A stretch of 64,000 bases of DNA, taken from IMG/VR virus record IMGVR_UViG_3300045120_000462. One strand, 5' to 3'. This DNA is from a virus. A program made the position numbers and the translations under genes. The notes under the pieces are model-generated. The model saw nothing but the letters and a program-made list of their open reading frames with translations, ran no database searches and had not been told where the DNA came from. The first letter of the stretch is position 1. Each line of letters opens with the position of its first letter. Shown here in pieces: positions 50,001 to 57,974 of the stretch.

Positions 50001-52930
50001 AACCGATCTGGACCGGGGGCACCTCGACGTATCGCCACGGGATGTATTGGGTCGCCGGCTCGTCCAAGGAACTCAACTTCATCGACGCCGACTACTCCGG
50101 CCGCTACGACGCCGCTCAGACCTACACCGTCAGCAACAGGGCGCTGACGTCCAACGTGGCCACGCTGACCACGTCAGCACCGCACGCCATCGTCGTCGGC
50201 AAGGAAGTGCTCGTCGAGGGCGTCGACCCGTTGTTCGACGGCAAGTTCATCGCCAAGGCGCCGCTCACCTCGACGACGTTCAGCTACGACAAGACCAACG
50301 CCAACGTATCGTCGACCGCCACCACCGCCGGTACGGCGACCCTCACCTTCGACGCAGCCGTCCCGGTGAACAGTGGTGACTGGATCATCGCCCTCGACCC
50401 CAACCGCTCGGCCAACGTCGCCGCCGGCAACTACCAGACCAACCTCACGCTGAGCCAGGTCGTCTTCCAGTACATCCCCTTCTCGACCGAGACGTACGTC
50501 AAGTCGGTGATGGAGCTGCACACCGACCCGCTGCGCTCGCCCGACCCGCACAGCCAGTACCTGCTGCCGGCCGAGGCCGACATCACCTACGCACAGATCA
50601 TCCACACCCACGAGTTCGACATCAACCAGTCGTTGATCAAGCACATGGGCTTCGACCCGTGGGCGGTGACGGGGTACTCGTGGGCGAACGGCGTCGTCAC
50701 GCTGACGGTGAACCCCGACCACAACCTGCTGGCCGGCGCTCACTTCGATCTCGTCGGTGTCCACGTCGAACTGAACGGCAATCAGCTCGTGCAGGAAGTC
50801 GACGCCCTCACACGGGTCGTGCGCTTCGAGCACGCCATGCCGACCGGGTACACCGTCCCGGTCACGCTCGCCTTCGCTGGCTCGGTCACCAACGATCCCC
50901 ACGCTCAGTACCTCGTCGAGAACGAGGGCAACGCTCTCTACGCCTTCAAGACGCACCCGCACAACTACGAGGTGGCCGGTGCGGTGGCCTTCCACGAAGG
51001 CAAGCCCGACCCCCACCCGCAGTACCTGACCGACGCCGATGCGCTCGTGCAGTACGCCAAGATCGATCACCTCCACGACGACCGGTACTCGCTACTCACC
51101 CACGTCCACCCGATCGTCAACGAGATCCACTCCACCGACGGCGCCAACTCGGCGGACATCTACATCGGTGCCAACCAGCCGGCGGCGCCGAGGATCGGCG
51201 ACCTCTGGATCGACACGGTCACCATCGCTCTACAGAAGCCGAGCGCCATCGTGAACTTCACTGCGGCACAGGCAACGACACCGCCACAGATGAAGCTCAC
51301 GTGGACAGCCTCGCCGGCAACCGAGGCCGTCACGAGCATCACGGTGTCGCGCTCGACTGCACAGGCTGGTCCGTGGACGAGCGTCTACACGGGCGTCCCC
51401 GTCACCACCGTGACTGACAACAGTGGGCTGCTCGTGGAGAACACCAACTACTACTACCGCATCTACGCCACCAACCTGCCGGGAGACGGAGCGCAGACGG
51501 TGATCGGCCCGGTGCTCTCGGGCAACATCATCCCCACCTTGCCGACTGGTGTGGCTGCATCGGTGCAGGGACCAGGCGCCGTCCGCCTGACATGGACACC
51601 TGTCGCCGGCCTCTCCTACGAGGTGTTCCTCAACGGTGTTTCACAAGGGATCAAGACGACGCCCTTCGACGCCACGTTGCTACCGGAGAACACCGACTAC
51701 GTGATCGGTGTGCGGGCGATCGATGCACCGCCGGTACCGAACCAGCCGGGCTACTCGGTGGTCGCCTATGCCACCAAGGTGACAACGCCGAATGTTGCCC
51801 CACCCGTGATCACAGGACTGGTCGCCAGCAACACCAACTACCAAGGGTTCGACCTCACCTGGAACTACCCAACGATCAACGACCTTCAAGACTTCCACGT
51901 CTCCACCGTTCCGGTGGTGGCGTACTTCACGCCGCTGGATGTGGGAGGCAACGGCTGCCAGGTCAATGGTCTCGATGCGCTGACCAACTACACGGTCAGC
52001 GTTGCTGCTCGTGACACAGCAGGTGTGCTCGGGCCGGCACAGAGCATCATCGTGGCGACGATCGCCGCCGACGGTACGACGTTGCCGCCGAACGTGGCGC
52101 TCACTGGTGGCACGACACAGACCAACGGCTTCAAGCCCGAGGGCGTCTACGGCAAGATGTGGGCGCGGTTCACCGTGCCGAGCGGCGTCACCGCATGGCG
52201 CCTCGACCGCTCGACCAACGGCGTCAACTGGACGCTCGACACGAACTGGGCGAACACCGGGACGCCAGGCGATCGCAGCGTGATCCTCAACGCCGGCACC
52301 GCCTATGCCTCGGGCACGACGGTGTACTGCCGGGTGTACACGAGGAACGCCGCCAACCACGTCAACTACACCGACTTCCCTCCGTACACGTTGATCGCTA
52401 CGCCCACCCTCATCTCTGCTGACGGCACCAACCACTGGCGCAACATCAACGGCGGGCAGTGGAACGGCTCGGGCAACCTGCGCCCGTTCCAGGGCTACTA
52501 CGACGCCAGCTACCCGAACGCCAAGGGGTGCTGGTTCTACGGTACGCAGATCAACACGAAGCTCTACTACAGCGGCCGGCGCACCGTCACCTCGTGCAAG
52601 ATGTGGTTCAGGCGTGAAGCGTGCGGCCTCGCTACCGGCGCCGTGCCGATCATCCAGATGCACAACATCGCCACCAACCCGGGGACGGTCACGGGTGGCT
52701 ACGGCGATCCCGCACTGACCGGCACGTCGACACCTATGGGCATAGCTGTCACGCCCGGCGGCGCCGCACTGCAGGGCACGATCCCGGCAGCGTTCATCAC
52801 CGATCTTCTCATCGGCACCGCCGCCAAGGGGATCGCCGTCTACGACTCCGACGGTGATCCGTACATGTGCTTCTCCACCATCTCCGAGTTCCCGACCTCG
52901 GGACAGCTCTCGTTCGATCACCTGGGGTAG
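47072..52930 (+). CDS. giant spike-fibre protein (1952 aa): OB-fold-like N-terminus, DPHPxY repeats, three FN3-like domains
   Basis: GTG 47072 overlaps stop (GTGA); frame of ORF 47009..52930; nine (A/G)DPH(P/T/S)xY motifs; FN3-like segments ~51238-52060. Confidence 0.85.
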   Translation: MSGELSVYEAFVRSFDTATKIATVVMPGPYGMEPIEAAPFTRNGAPLTSLDTLTSGDRVVVVMHNNNVPEWVSTYTDWPATANALYVNTTGDTMTGALTLSGPPSSALHAATKAYVDGSVFVPDVYQATSQAQMLALPATKGDYCIRNDVAKTFILQAAPPTVLANWIELATPDASAAAAAAVAAHVALADPHTQYLTKTLAASTYTTVTTYNAHVAAADPHPGYTTPTEVTAQIATDIATHVAAGDPHPVYTTGTELTAAFTAHTSQADPHPVYATDGDLSLHVSAADAHPQYLSESEMDAAILAHVQAPDPHPTYMTQTESDLLYRNASYLNTGTLNNALLANPITSNTTGTAAAWTTARTFTLAGNVTGSASVKGDANVSLTATVVNDSHTHNTQYYDKATSDARYVDVTGDVITSGLLSFGSRLGQHLGLNSTTFGIGAQTNNTYFRTASGFRFYLGGVHSDTAGAPGAGGIELLNITTSSVQFKARNLATEMYVQARGMNLVANGSGLTGDNTNFSTFNYNSVESFAGGGSFTYNGPDANREIDEFIPVDPSRRYKYSYAIKLLSFSQAGETPNHYGLVDSYDTDGLSIQSYHVMKLPGSALTTLAVALAPGATTITLTSAVGWHNGASTASKYIAFYPYTNAQGYTYPFYTYTRNVTAADMWASGAISGNVITLRTPWAGSSYAIGTPVANAIAGGTYDYIAGSNVATPTVWTVFSGSIGKLDSETFTDPSITPVPASTGAYQSPSGFRWGTAFVKVGWLLSYNTPVGTANTAVDAVTFETISTGSDSMTFTGSPPFAVTSTTLVPNLNADMVDGLHAAAFLQLTPGGTVVGNLVVNPGTLSFGSNLGQRLNLYGTTFGIGAQTNAEYFRTPSDFYWYSGGVHSDTQGAAGAGGTSLMSLSSSVFKYKTYDVWHKGNMGSGSTLDADLLDNHDSIYFANRTEMEALLGDLMFVGVYDAAKYVESNLATWPQPIWTGGTSTYRHGMYWVAGSSKELNFIDADYSGRYDAAQTYTVSNRALTSNVATLTTSAPHAIVVGKEVLVEGVDPLFDGKFIAKAPLTSTTFSYDKTNANVSSTATTAGTATLTFDAAVPVNSGDWIIALDPNRSANVAAGNYQTNLTLSQVVFQYIPFSTETYVKSVMELHTDPLRSPDPHSQYLLPAEADITYAQIIHTHEFDINQSLIKHMGFDPWAVTGYSWANGVVTLTVNPDHNLLAGAHFDLVGVHVELNGNQLVQEVDALTRVVRFEHAMPTGYTVPVTLAFAGSVTNDPHAQYLVENEGNALYAFKTHPHNYEVAGAVAFHEGKPDPHPQYLTDADALVQYAKIDHLHDDRYSLLTHVHPIVNEIHSTDGANSADIYIGANQPAAPRIGDLWIDTVTIALQKPSAIVNFTAAQATTPPQMKLTWTASPATEAVTSITVSRSTAQAGPWTSVYTGVPVTTVTDNSGLLVENTNYYYRIYATNLPGDGAQTVIGPVLSGNIIPTLPTGVAASVQGPGAVRLTWTPVAGLSYEVFLNGVSQGIKTTPFDATLLPENTDYVIGVRAIDAPPVPNQPGYSVVAYATKVTTPNVAPPVITGLVASNTNYQGFDLTWNYPTINDLQDFHVSTVPVVAYFTPLDVGGNGCQVNGLDALTNYTVSVAARDTAGVLGPAQSIIVATIAADGTTLPPNVALTGGTTQTNGFKPEGVYGKMWARFTVPSGVTAWRLDRSTNGVNWTLDTNWANTGTPGDRSVILNAGTAYASGTTVYCRVYTRNAANHVNYTDFPPYTLIATPTLISADGTNHWRNINGGQWNGSGNLRPFQGYYDASYPNAKGCWFYGTQINTKLYYSGRRTVTSCKMWFRREACGLATGAVPIIQMHNIATNPGTVTGGYGDPALTGTSTPMGIAVTPGGAALQGTIPAAFITDLLIGTAAKGIAVYDSDGDPYMCFSTISEFPTSGQLSFDHLG

Positions 52931-52933
52931 CTG

Positions 52934-54730
52934 ATGGTCAACACGATCAAGAGATGGAACGGCACGACGTGGGATGTCGTCTACGACAAGAGCGTCTTCC
53001 TGCCGCTCGATGGAACGCTGCCGATGAGTGGCGATCTGACGTTGTTCCGCGATCCGACGGTCGCCATGCACGCCACCACCAAGCAGTACGTCGATGCGCT
53101 CGCTCAGGGGATCGCTTGGAAGGACGCTGTCGTCCTGGCAACGACAGCCAACATCACGCTCTCCGGTAATCAGTCGGTCGACGGCTTCACGACGCCGCCT
53201 GGTAACCGCATCCTCGTCAAGAACCAGACGACCGCCTCGCAGAACGGCATCTACGTCGCCGCGACCGGCGCCTGGACACGAGCTACCGACGCTGATTCTC
53301 AGGCCGATCTCGCTAACGCCGCAGTCTTCATCTCCTTGGGCAACGTCAACGCTGACACAGCGTGGGTCTGCACCACCGACTACCCGACCATCGACACCAC
53401 CGCACTGACGTGGGTGCAGTTCGGTGGCAGCAACTTCACGCAGGGGATGGCCGACGCCCTCTACCTCCGCCGTACCAGCGACACTCTGACCGGGCAGCTA
53501 ACGATCGACTACCTCGCCGCACCGGGTGGTGATCCCACGCCGCTGCAGTTGATCGGCAAGAACCAAGCGGTCGTCCTGTTCAGCACCGACCGCGCCAGCA
53601 ACAACATCGTGACGCAGCGTGGGCAGATCGGCATCGATGCCTACGAGAACATCGACATCCAGTCGTACACCAACACGGGTGGCACCGGATGGATCACGCT
53701 CACCCCACGAGGTGCAACGACATTCCTCGCCACCTCGGGCTACTGCGTCGGCATGGCTCAGTTCCGCGCCGTATCGACCAACTCGCAGGCGATGATCGTC
53801 TCGGCACGAACTGTTGCCGACGTCGCTGGTGGCTACATCGGGTACTACGGCAGCAGCGATGGTTACAGCAGCAGCCTCGGCACCCGCCAGGGGTACATCG
53901 GCTATCCCTCCTCGTCCACCATGTACATGCGCAACGAGGACGTTGGCAGCATCAACATCACCGCCCTCAACGGATCGGTCACGATCCTCGGCAACTCGGG
54001 CAACGCCCTGCTGCAGTCGGCGACGAGCACAGCCATCGTCGATGGCGGCGGTGGCGCCAGCATCAACGTCAACGCCGGCATCTCGATCATCACCGCCACC
54101 TCGCAGCCCGTCACGTGGCTCCAAGGGTCGGTCGAGCGCATGCGCATGGATTCTGGTGGGAACTTCATGCTCAACCAGTCGGACGTCAATAACTACGACA
54201 CCGACCAGGGGTTCCAGATCCGCCAGGACGGGCGGTTCATCAACACACAGACGACCAACAGCGCCTACAACTGGATGCTCCACCTAGGCACTGGTACCGG
54301 TGGTGGCAGCACAGCCGGCGCCATCTTCTGCACCTTCCGAGCCATCACCGTCACCAGCCCGATCACGATCGGTCAGGTCGGAACGATCACCCAGGTCGGC
54401 AACCCGGCGACCGGCGTGCTCTACAACCAGACGTCGGACAAGCGGTTGAAGACGTTCATCCGTGACTACGACGACGACTGGATCATGGGCAGGATCCGAG
54501 CCGGCCGGCCGATGCACTTCTTCTGGAACGCCGTTCCCAACGAGGAGAAGTTCAGCTTCTTCGCTCAGGATCTCTTCGAGGTCGTACCCGAGGCCGTCGC
54601 CATCGGGGAAGGTGAGCCGGGCGAGAAGGACTTCGAGCCGTGGGGGAACGACCTCGGCGCTCTGACGCCTACTCTGTGGGCGGCGGTGCAGATCCTTGAA
54701 CGACGATTGACAGCATTGGAGAACAGATGA
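52934..54730 (+). CDS. tail fibre with C-terminal S74-type intramolecular chaperone domain
   Basis: 598 aa; LPMSGDLTLFRDPTVAMHATTKQYVD; C-terminal SDKRLKTFIRDYDDDW...LWAAVQILERRLTALE. Confidence 0.8.
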   Translation: MVNTIKRWNGTTWDVVYDKSVFLPLDGTLPMSGDLTLFRDPTVAMHATTKQYVDALAQGIAWKDAVVLATTANITLSGNQSVDGFTTPPGNRILVKNQTTASQNGIYVAATGAWTRATDADSQADLANAAVFISLGNVNADTAWVCTTDYPTIDTTALTWVQFGGSNFTQGMADALYLRRTSDTLTGQLTIDYLAAPGGDPTPLQLIGKNQAVVLFSTDRASNNIVTQRGQIGIDAYENIDIQSYTNTGGTGWITLTPRGATTFLATSGYCVGMAQFRAVSTNSQAMIVSARTVADVAGGYIGYYGSSDGYSSSLGTRQGYIGYPSSSTMYMRNEDVGSINITALNGSVTILGNSGNALLQSATSTAIVDGGGGASINVNAGISIITATSQPVTWLQGSVERMRMDSGGNFMLNQSDVNNYDTDQGFQIRQDGRFINTQTTNSAYNWMLHLGTGTGGGSTAGAIFCTFRAITVTSPITIGQVGTITQVGNPATGVLYNQTSDKRLKTFIRDYDDDWIMGRIRAGRPMHFFWNAVPNEEKFSFFAQDLFEVVPEAVAIGEGEPGEKDFEPWGNDLGALTPTLWAAVQILERRLTALENR

Positions 54731-54993
54731 GCAACACCAACATCGATGATCTCACCCGTGAGGATCTCCTGACGATGTTCCGCCGCGAGCGGTTCGTGCG
54801 TGGTCAGATGGAGCAGCGGGTCGGGAGCCTGATCGCCGAGAACATCGAGATGGTTGGGATCATCCAAGACATGCAGAACGATCTGACGTTGGCTCGTCAG
54901 CAGGTGCTCGCCCACGGTCACGATCACTCTCACGAGGCCAATGGCGAGGTAACGACGCCGGCCGAGGTCGCCCCCTCGCAGAGCAGCTCGTAA
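54727..54993 (+). CDS. hypothetical coiled-coil protein
   Basis: ORF 54727..54993; ATGA coupling. Confidence 0.55.
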   Translation: MSNTNIDDLTREDLLTMFRRERFVRGQMEQRVGSLIAENIEMVGIIQDMQNDLTLARQQVLAHGHDHSHEANGEVTTPAEVAPSQSSS

Positions 54994-55007
54994 CTAAGCT
55001 CGGCTCC

Positions 55008-55091
55008 ATGAGCGATGCACCAGACGACGACGACACCATCCCCGAGAACCCCGAGCAGGAATCGGACGAAGCGGACGCTGACGACGAGTGA
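55008..55091 (+). CDS. possible 27-aa acidic peptide
   Basis: MSDAPDDDDTIPENPEQESDEADADDE; stop overlaps the endolysin GTG (GTGA); very short. Confidence 0.25.
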   Translation: MSDAPDDDDTIPENPEQESDEADADDE

Positions 55092-56761
55092 CCCTCTTCG
55101 GACCCGATGTCTCGCAGTACCAGCAGGGGCTTGTCCCTCCTGATCCTCACGGCATCGGGTTCGGCATCTGTCGCGCCTCCATCGGTCAGATGGTCGACAC
55201 GACGGCTGTCGGCCCCATCAACTGGTGTCGCACACACAACGTCCCGGTAGCGGCGTACCACTTCGTCTACCCGACGAAGACGCACCCGGCCTCGACTCAG
55301 GCCGAGGCGTTCCATCGCGCCGTCGGTGGCGACAGTCGGATCAACGCCATGATCGATTGGGAGTCGGACACCAACGACAACTGCCACCCCGATGGCGGGC
55401 CGCAGAAGCCAGCGTGGTCCGACGTGACAGCGGTGGCGAACGCGATCCGCAACCTCGGCCACAAGGTGGCGTTGCTCTACGCTCCCGACTGGTACTGGTC
55501 GGAGATGGGTGCGCCGTCGATGGCCGGCGCCGGCTTCGATCTCGTCGCCGCCGAGTACGGCAAGAAGCCGTGGCCCACCGGCTCGGCCACCCAGGTGTAC
55601 GCCGCCCGCGGCGGCGACGCCAGCCCCGACTGGAAGGCGTACGGAGGACTCACCCCCGTGCTGTTGCAGTTCTCCTGCCAGACCACGTGGGGCAACAAGC
55701 AGCTCGACATGAACGCCTACCGGGGCGACCCTGCCGTCCTGAACAAGTGGTTCACGATCTGGAACAAGGAGACGACAGTGGCGACCTACCCCTACGCCTA
55801 CCAGGGCACGATGGTGTCGATGGAGCAGATGGAGGCGAAGAAGACCGTCAAGAACCTCCACCCCGAGTTCTGGCGGCGCTTCAAGGCGCTGATGGAGTTC
55901 GGTGCCGCCAACGGCGTGCAGATCGGCGTCGGCACTGGCTGGCGCATCCAGCCGACCAACCCTGACGGCTCGACCAAGAACGGCTTCGCCGCACCAGGCA
56001 ACAGCAACCACGAGGGGTTCCCCGCTGACGGCGTGTCCGCTGGCGCTGTGGCGATAGACGCCGTCATCTCGGCGTCGTTCGCCTGGATGGAGAAGAACCT
56101 CGCTCGCTACGGCCTGCGCTCGTTCAACCAGCCATCGACCAACGGGTACAAGGGCAGTGATGAGCCGTGGCACGTCCAGCCCTACGAGATCCCGGCCAGC
56201 CGCCTGCACCGCACCTCGCCTTGGAAGCTCAACGCCTTCCCGTTGCCGACCGACCCGGCGCCGACGCCCATCCCGCCGCCCACGACAGGTAGCTGGGCCA
56301 CCGACCTGATGAAGGCGATGCCGGTGCTCGTCAAGGGAGCCAAGGGCACGCCGGTCTTGCGCCTGCAGCACTTCCTCGCTCTGGCCGGCGAGTTCGACGC
56401 CACCAACATGGCCAACTTCGACGGCGTGTTCGGCTCGGGCACCGAGAACGCCGTGAAGAAGTTCGAGACCAGCCACAAGCAGGCCACCGACGGCAAGGTC
56501 GACAGCGTCCTGTGGGACTTGTTCATGGCAGCCGGCGACGGCATCCCCAACCTCGTCAAGGGCAACGCCGGGGTGGACGTGCAGCGCATGCAGCGCATGC
56601 TCGCGGCCAATGGCCAGATGGACCCTGCCAACCAGAGCAACTTCGACGGGCAGTTCGGTAGCGGTACCGAGAGCGCCTTGAAGAAGTTCCAGACGGCCAA
56701 GAAGCTGACTGCCGACGGCAAGTGCGGGCAGAAGACGTGGACGAGTCTGCTCAACGGCTGA
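55088..56761 (+). CDS. endolysin: GH25 muramidase + M15-type peptidase + two PG_binding_1 repeats
   Basis: LFGPDVSQYQQG N-terminus; NSNHEG..AVAID..DEPWHVQP; two copies of the LVKG..G..V..LQ..L....DG.FGSGTE.A.KKFQ pattern. Confidence 0.85.
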   Translation: MTLFGPDVSQYQQGLVPPDPHGIGFGICRASIGQMVDTTAVGPINWCRTHNVPVAAYHFVYPTKTHPASTQAEAFHRAVGGDSRINAMIDWESDTNDNCHPDGGPQKPAWSDVTAVANAIRNLGHKVALLYAPDWYWSEMGAPSMAGAGFDLVAAEYGKKPWPTGSATQVYAARGGDASPDWKAYGGLTPVLLQFSCQTTWGNKQLDMNAYRGDPAVLNKWFTIWNKETTVATYPYAYQGTMVSMEQMEAKKTVKNLHPEFWRRFKALMEFGAANGVQIGVGTGWRIQPTNPDGSTKNGFAAPGNSNHEGFPADGVSAGAVAIDAVISASFAWMEKNLARYGLRSFNQPSTNGYKGSDEPWHVQPYEIPASRLHRTSPWKLNAFPLPTDPAPTPIPPPTTGSWATDLMKAMPVLVKGAKGTPVLRLQHFLALAGEFDATNMANFDGVFGSGTENAVKKFETSHKQATDGKVDSVLWDLFMAAGDGIPNLVKGNAGVDVQRMQRMLAANGQMDPANQSNFDGQFGSGTESALKKFQTAKKLTADGKCGQKTWTSLLNG

Positions 56762-56973
56762 GCGACACGATCGAGGTCGTCTTCACGTTCGTCCGCCGGC
56801 TCACCGTCTTCGGCCTCGGCTGCTGGGTGATCGGCAACGCACTCGTCAACCCCGAGGAGCGCGCCACTCAACTCATCATCGGCATGGTGATGGTCGGCGT
56901 GCTGCCGATCGAGAACTTCTTCCGGTGGCGACGGGGTACAGCGGCCGAGGACGACAGGGCACCGCCGAACTAG
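56737..56973 (+). CDS. holin-like two-helix membrane protein
   Basis: Frame of ORF 56722..56973 (GTG 56722 or 56737); overlaps the endolysin 3' end; TM segments VVFTFVRRLTVFGLGCWVIGNALV and LIIGMVMVGVLPI. Confidence 0.55.
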   Translation: MDESAQRLSDTIEVVFTFVRRLTVFGLGCWVIGNALVNPEERATQLIIGMVMVGVLPIENFFRWRRGTAAEDDRAPPN

Positions 56974-56995
56974 AGCTGCGTGGGAAACTGGCATC

Positions 56996-57523
56996 GTGAC
57001 GATGCCGGCTGTCTTCGGTCCTGGTACGTGGTCGCTCGACTACCTCGTGACTGGTGGCTGGGCCTACGCGCCCATGGGCGACATCTACCCGCTCGAACCG
57101 GTGTGGTCGGAGAGCCACAGCACCACGGGCGAGGCGATCAACCCCGAGGACGAGCAGAACTACTACTCGATGGTCTGCCCGTACTACGCAGACACCGACC
57201 CGTTCTTCGTCGTCAAGGTGACCGAGGATCTACTCACCACCGACGAGGTCGAGGAGATCGTTCCCGCTGACCCGGTGATGACGTCGGCGTGGATCTGGTC
57301 GCCGTACGGGTTCTCCCAGGAGTACCAAGTGCTCGTCGAGAAGATCATGACCGGCGTCGCCCCCGACGAGACATGGACCGGCAAGTTCAAGGTCACCTTC
57401 ACGCAAGCTGTGCGCAAGGCGATCGGCCCCAACACGCTCGCCAAGTTCGCCTTCGACTTCTGGATCTCTGGTGACATGGAGCGCATCCGGTTGGCCTTCG
57501 GCGACGTGGTGTTCCGCAAGTGA
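56996..57523 (+). CDS. hypothetical structural protein
   Basis: ORF 56996..57523 (alternative ATG 57002). Confidence 0.6.
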   Translation: MTMPAVFGPGTWSLDYLVTGGWAYAPMGDIYPLEPVWSESHSTTGEAINPEDEQNYYSMVCPYYADTDPFFVVKVTEDLLTTDEVEEIVPADPVMTSAWIWSPYGFSQEYQVLVEKIMTGVAPDETWTGKFKVTFTQAVRKAIGPNTLAKFAFDFWISGDMERIRLAFGDVVFRK

Positions 57524-57966
57524 GCGTCAACGAGTCCGACCTGCCACGCTCGCGACGGTTCAAGGTCGAGGGCGAGCCGACAGCACAGTCCGTCGCTACG
57601 ACACAGCAGTCGACGACCGTGCCGGCCGGTGCGCGCAAGTTCAACGTCGAGGTCGGGTTCCCTCAGTCACGGGTGACGACGGGGAAGTCGACGGACGTCG
57701 AGTTCGTCTTCGGCGCACCCGGCACGCCGGGCGCTCCCGGCCCGCCTGGGCCACCAGGGGAGTCGGCCGAGGCGCTCGGGTTCGTCTTCCACCAGGGGAC
57801 GCCCAATGACACCTGGGTGATCCACCACAACCTGGCCTACTACCCCAGCATCATGGTCATCGACTCGACCGGCGCCGAGGTCGAGGGGGACATCGTCTTC
57901 ACCAACCCAACCACCGTGACGGTGACGTTCAGCAATGCCTTCGCCGGCACTGCCTATCTCAGCTAG
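57520..57966 (+). CDS. short collagen-like-repeat protein
   Basis: GTG overlaps stop (GTGA); GAPGTPGAPGPPGPPGES G-X-Y run, then a beta-rich C-terminal domain. Confidence 0.65.
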   Translation: MSVNESDLPRSRRFKVEGEPTAQSVATTQQSTTVPAGARKFNVEVGFPQSRVTTGKSTDVEFVFGAPGTPGAPGPPGPPGESAEALGFVFHQGTPNDTWVIHHNLAYYPSIMVIDSTGAEVEGDIVFTNPTTVTVTFSNAFAGTAYLS

Positions 57967-57974
57967 GAGCCGCC

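Noticed and set aside
46793-50038. 1081-aa ORF on the minus strand, and similar long antisense ORFs at 29588-31276, 42576-44357, 45888-46913, 51680-53071 and 54860-56476
   Set aside because: They lie antisense to genes with clear structural-protein motifs. Their products are Arg/Gly/Val/His-rich with no motifs. They are typical shadow ORFs of high-GC DNA.
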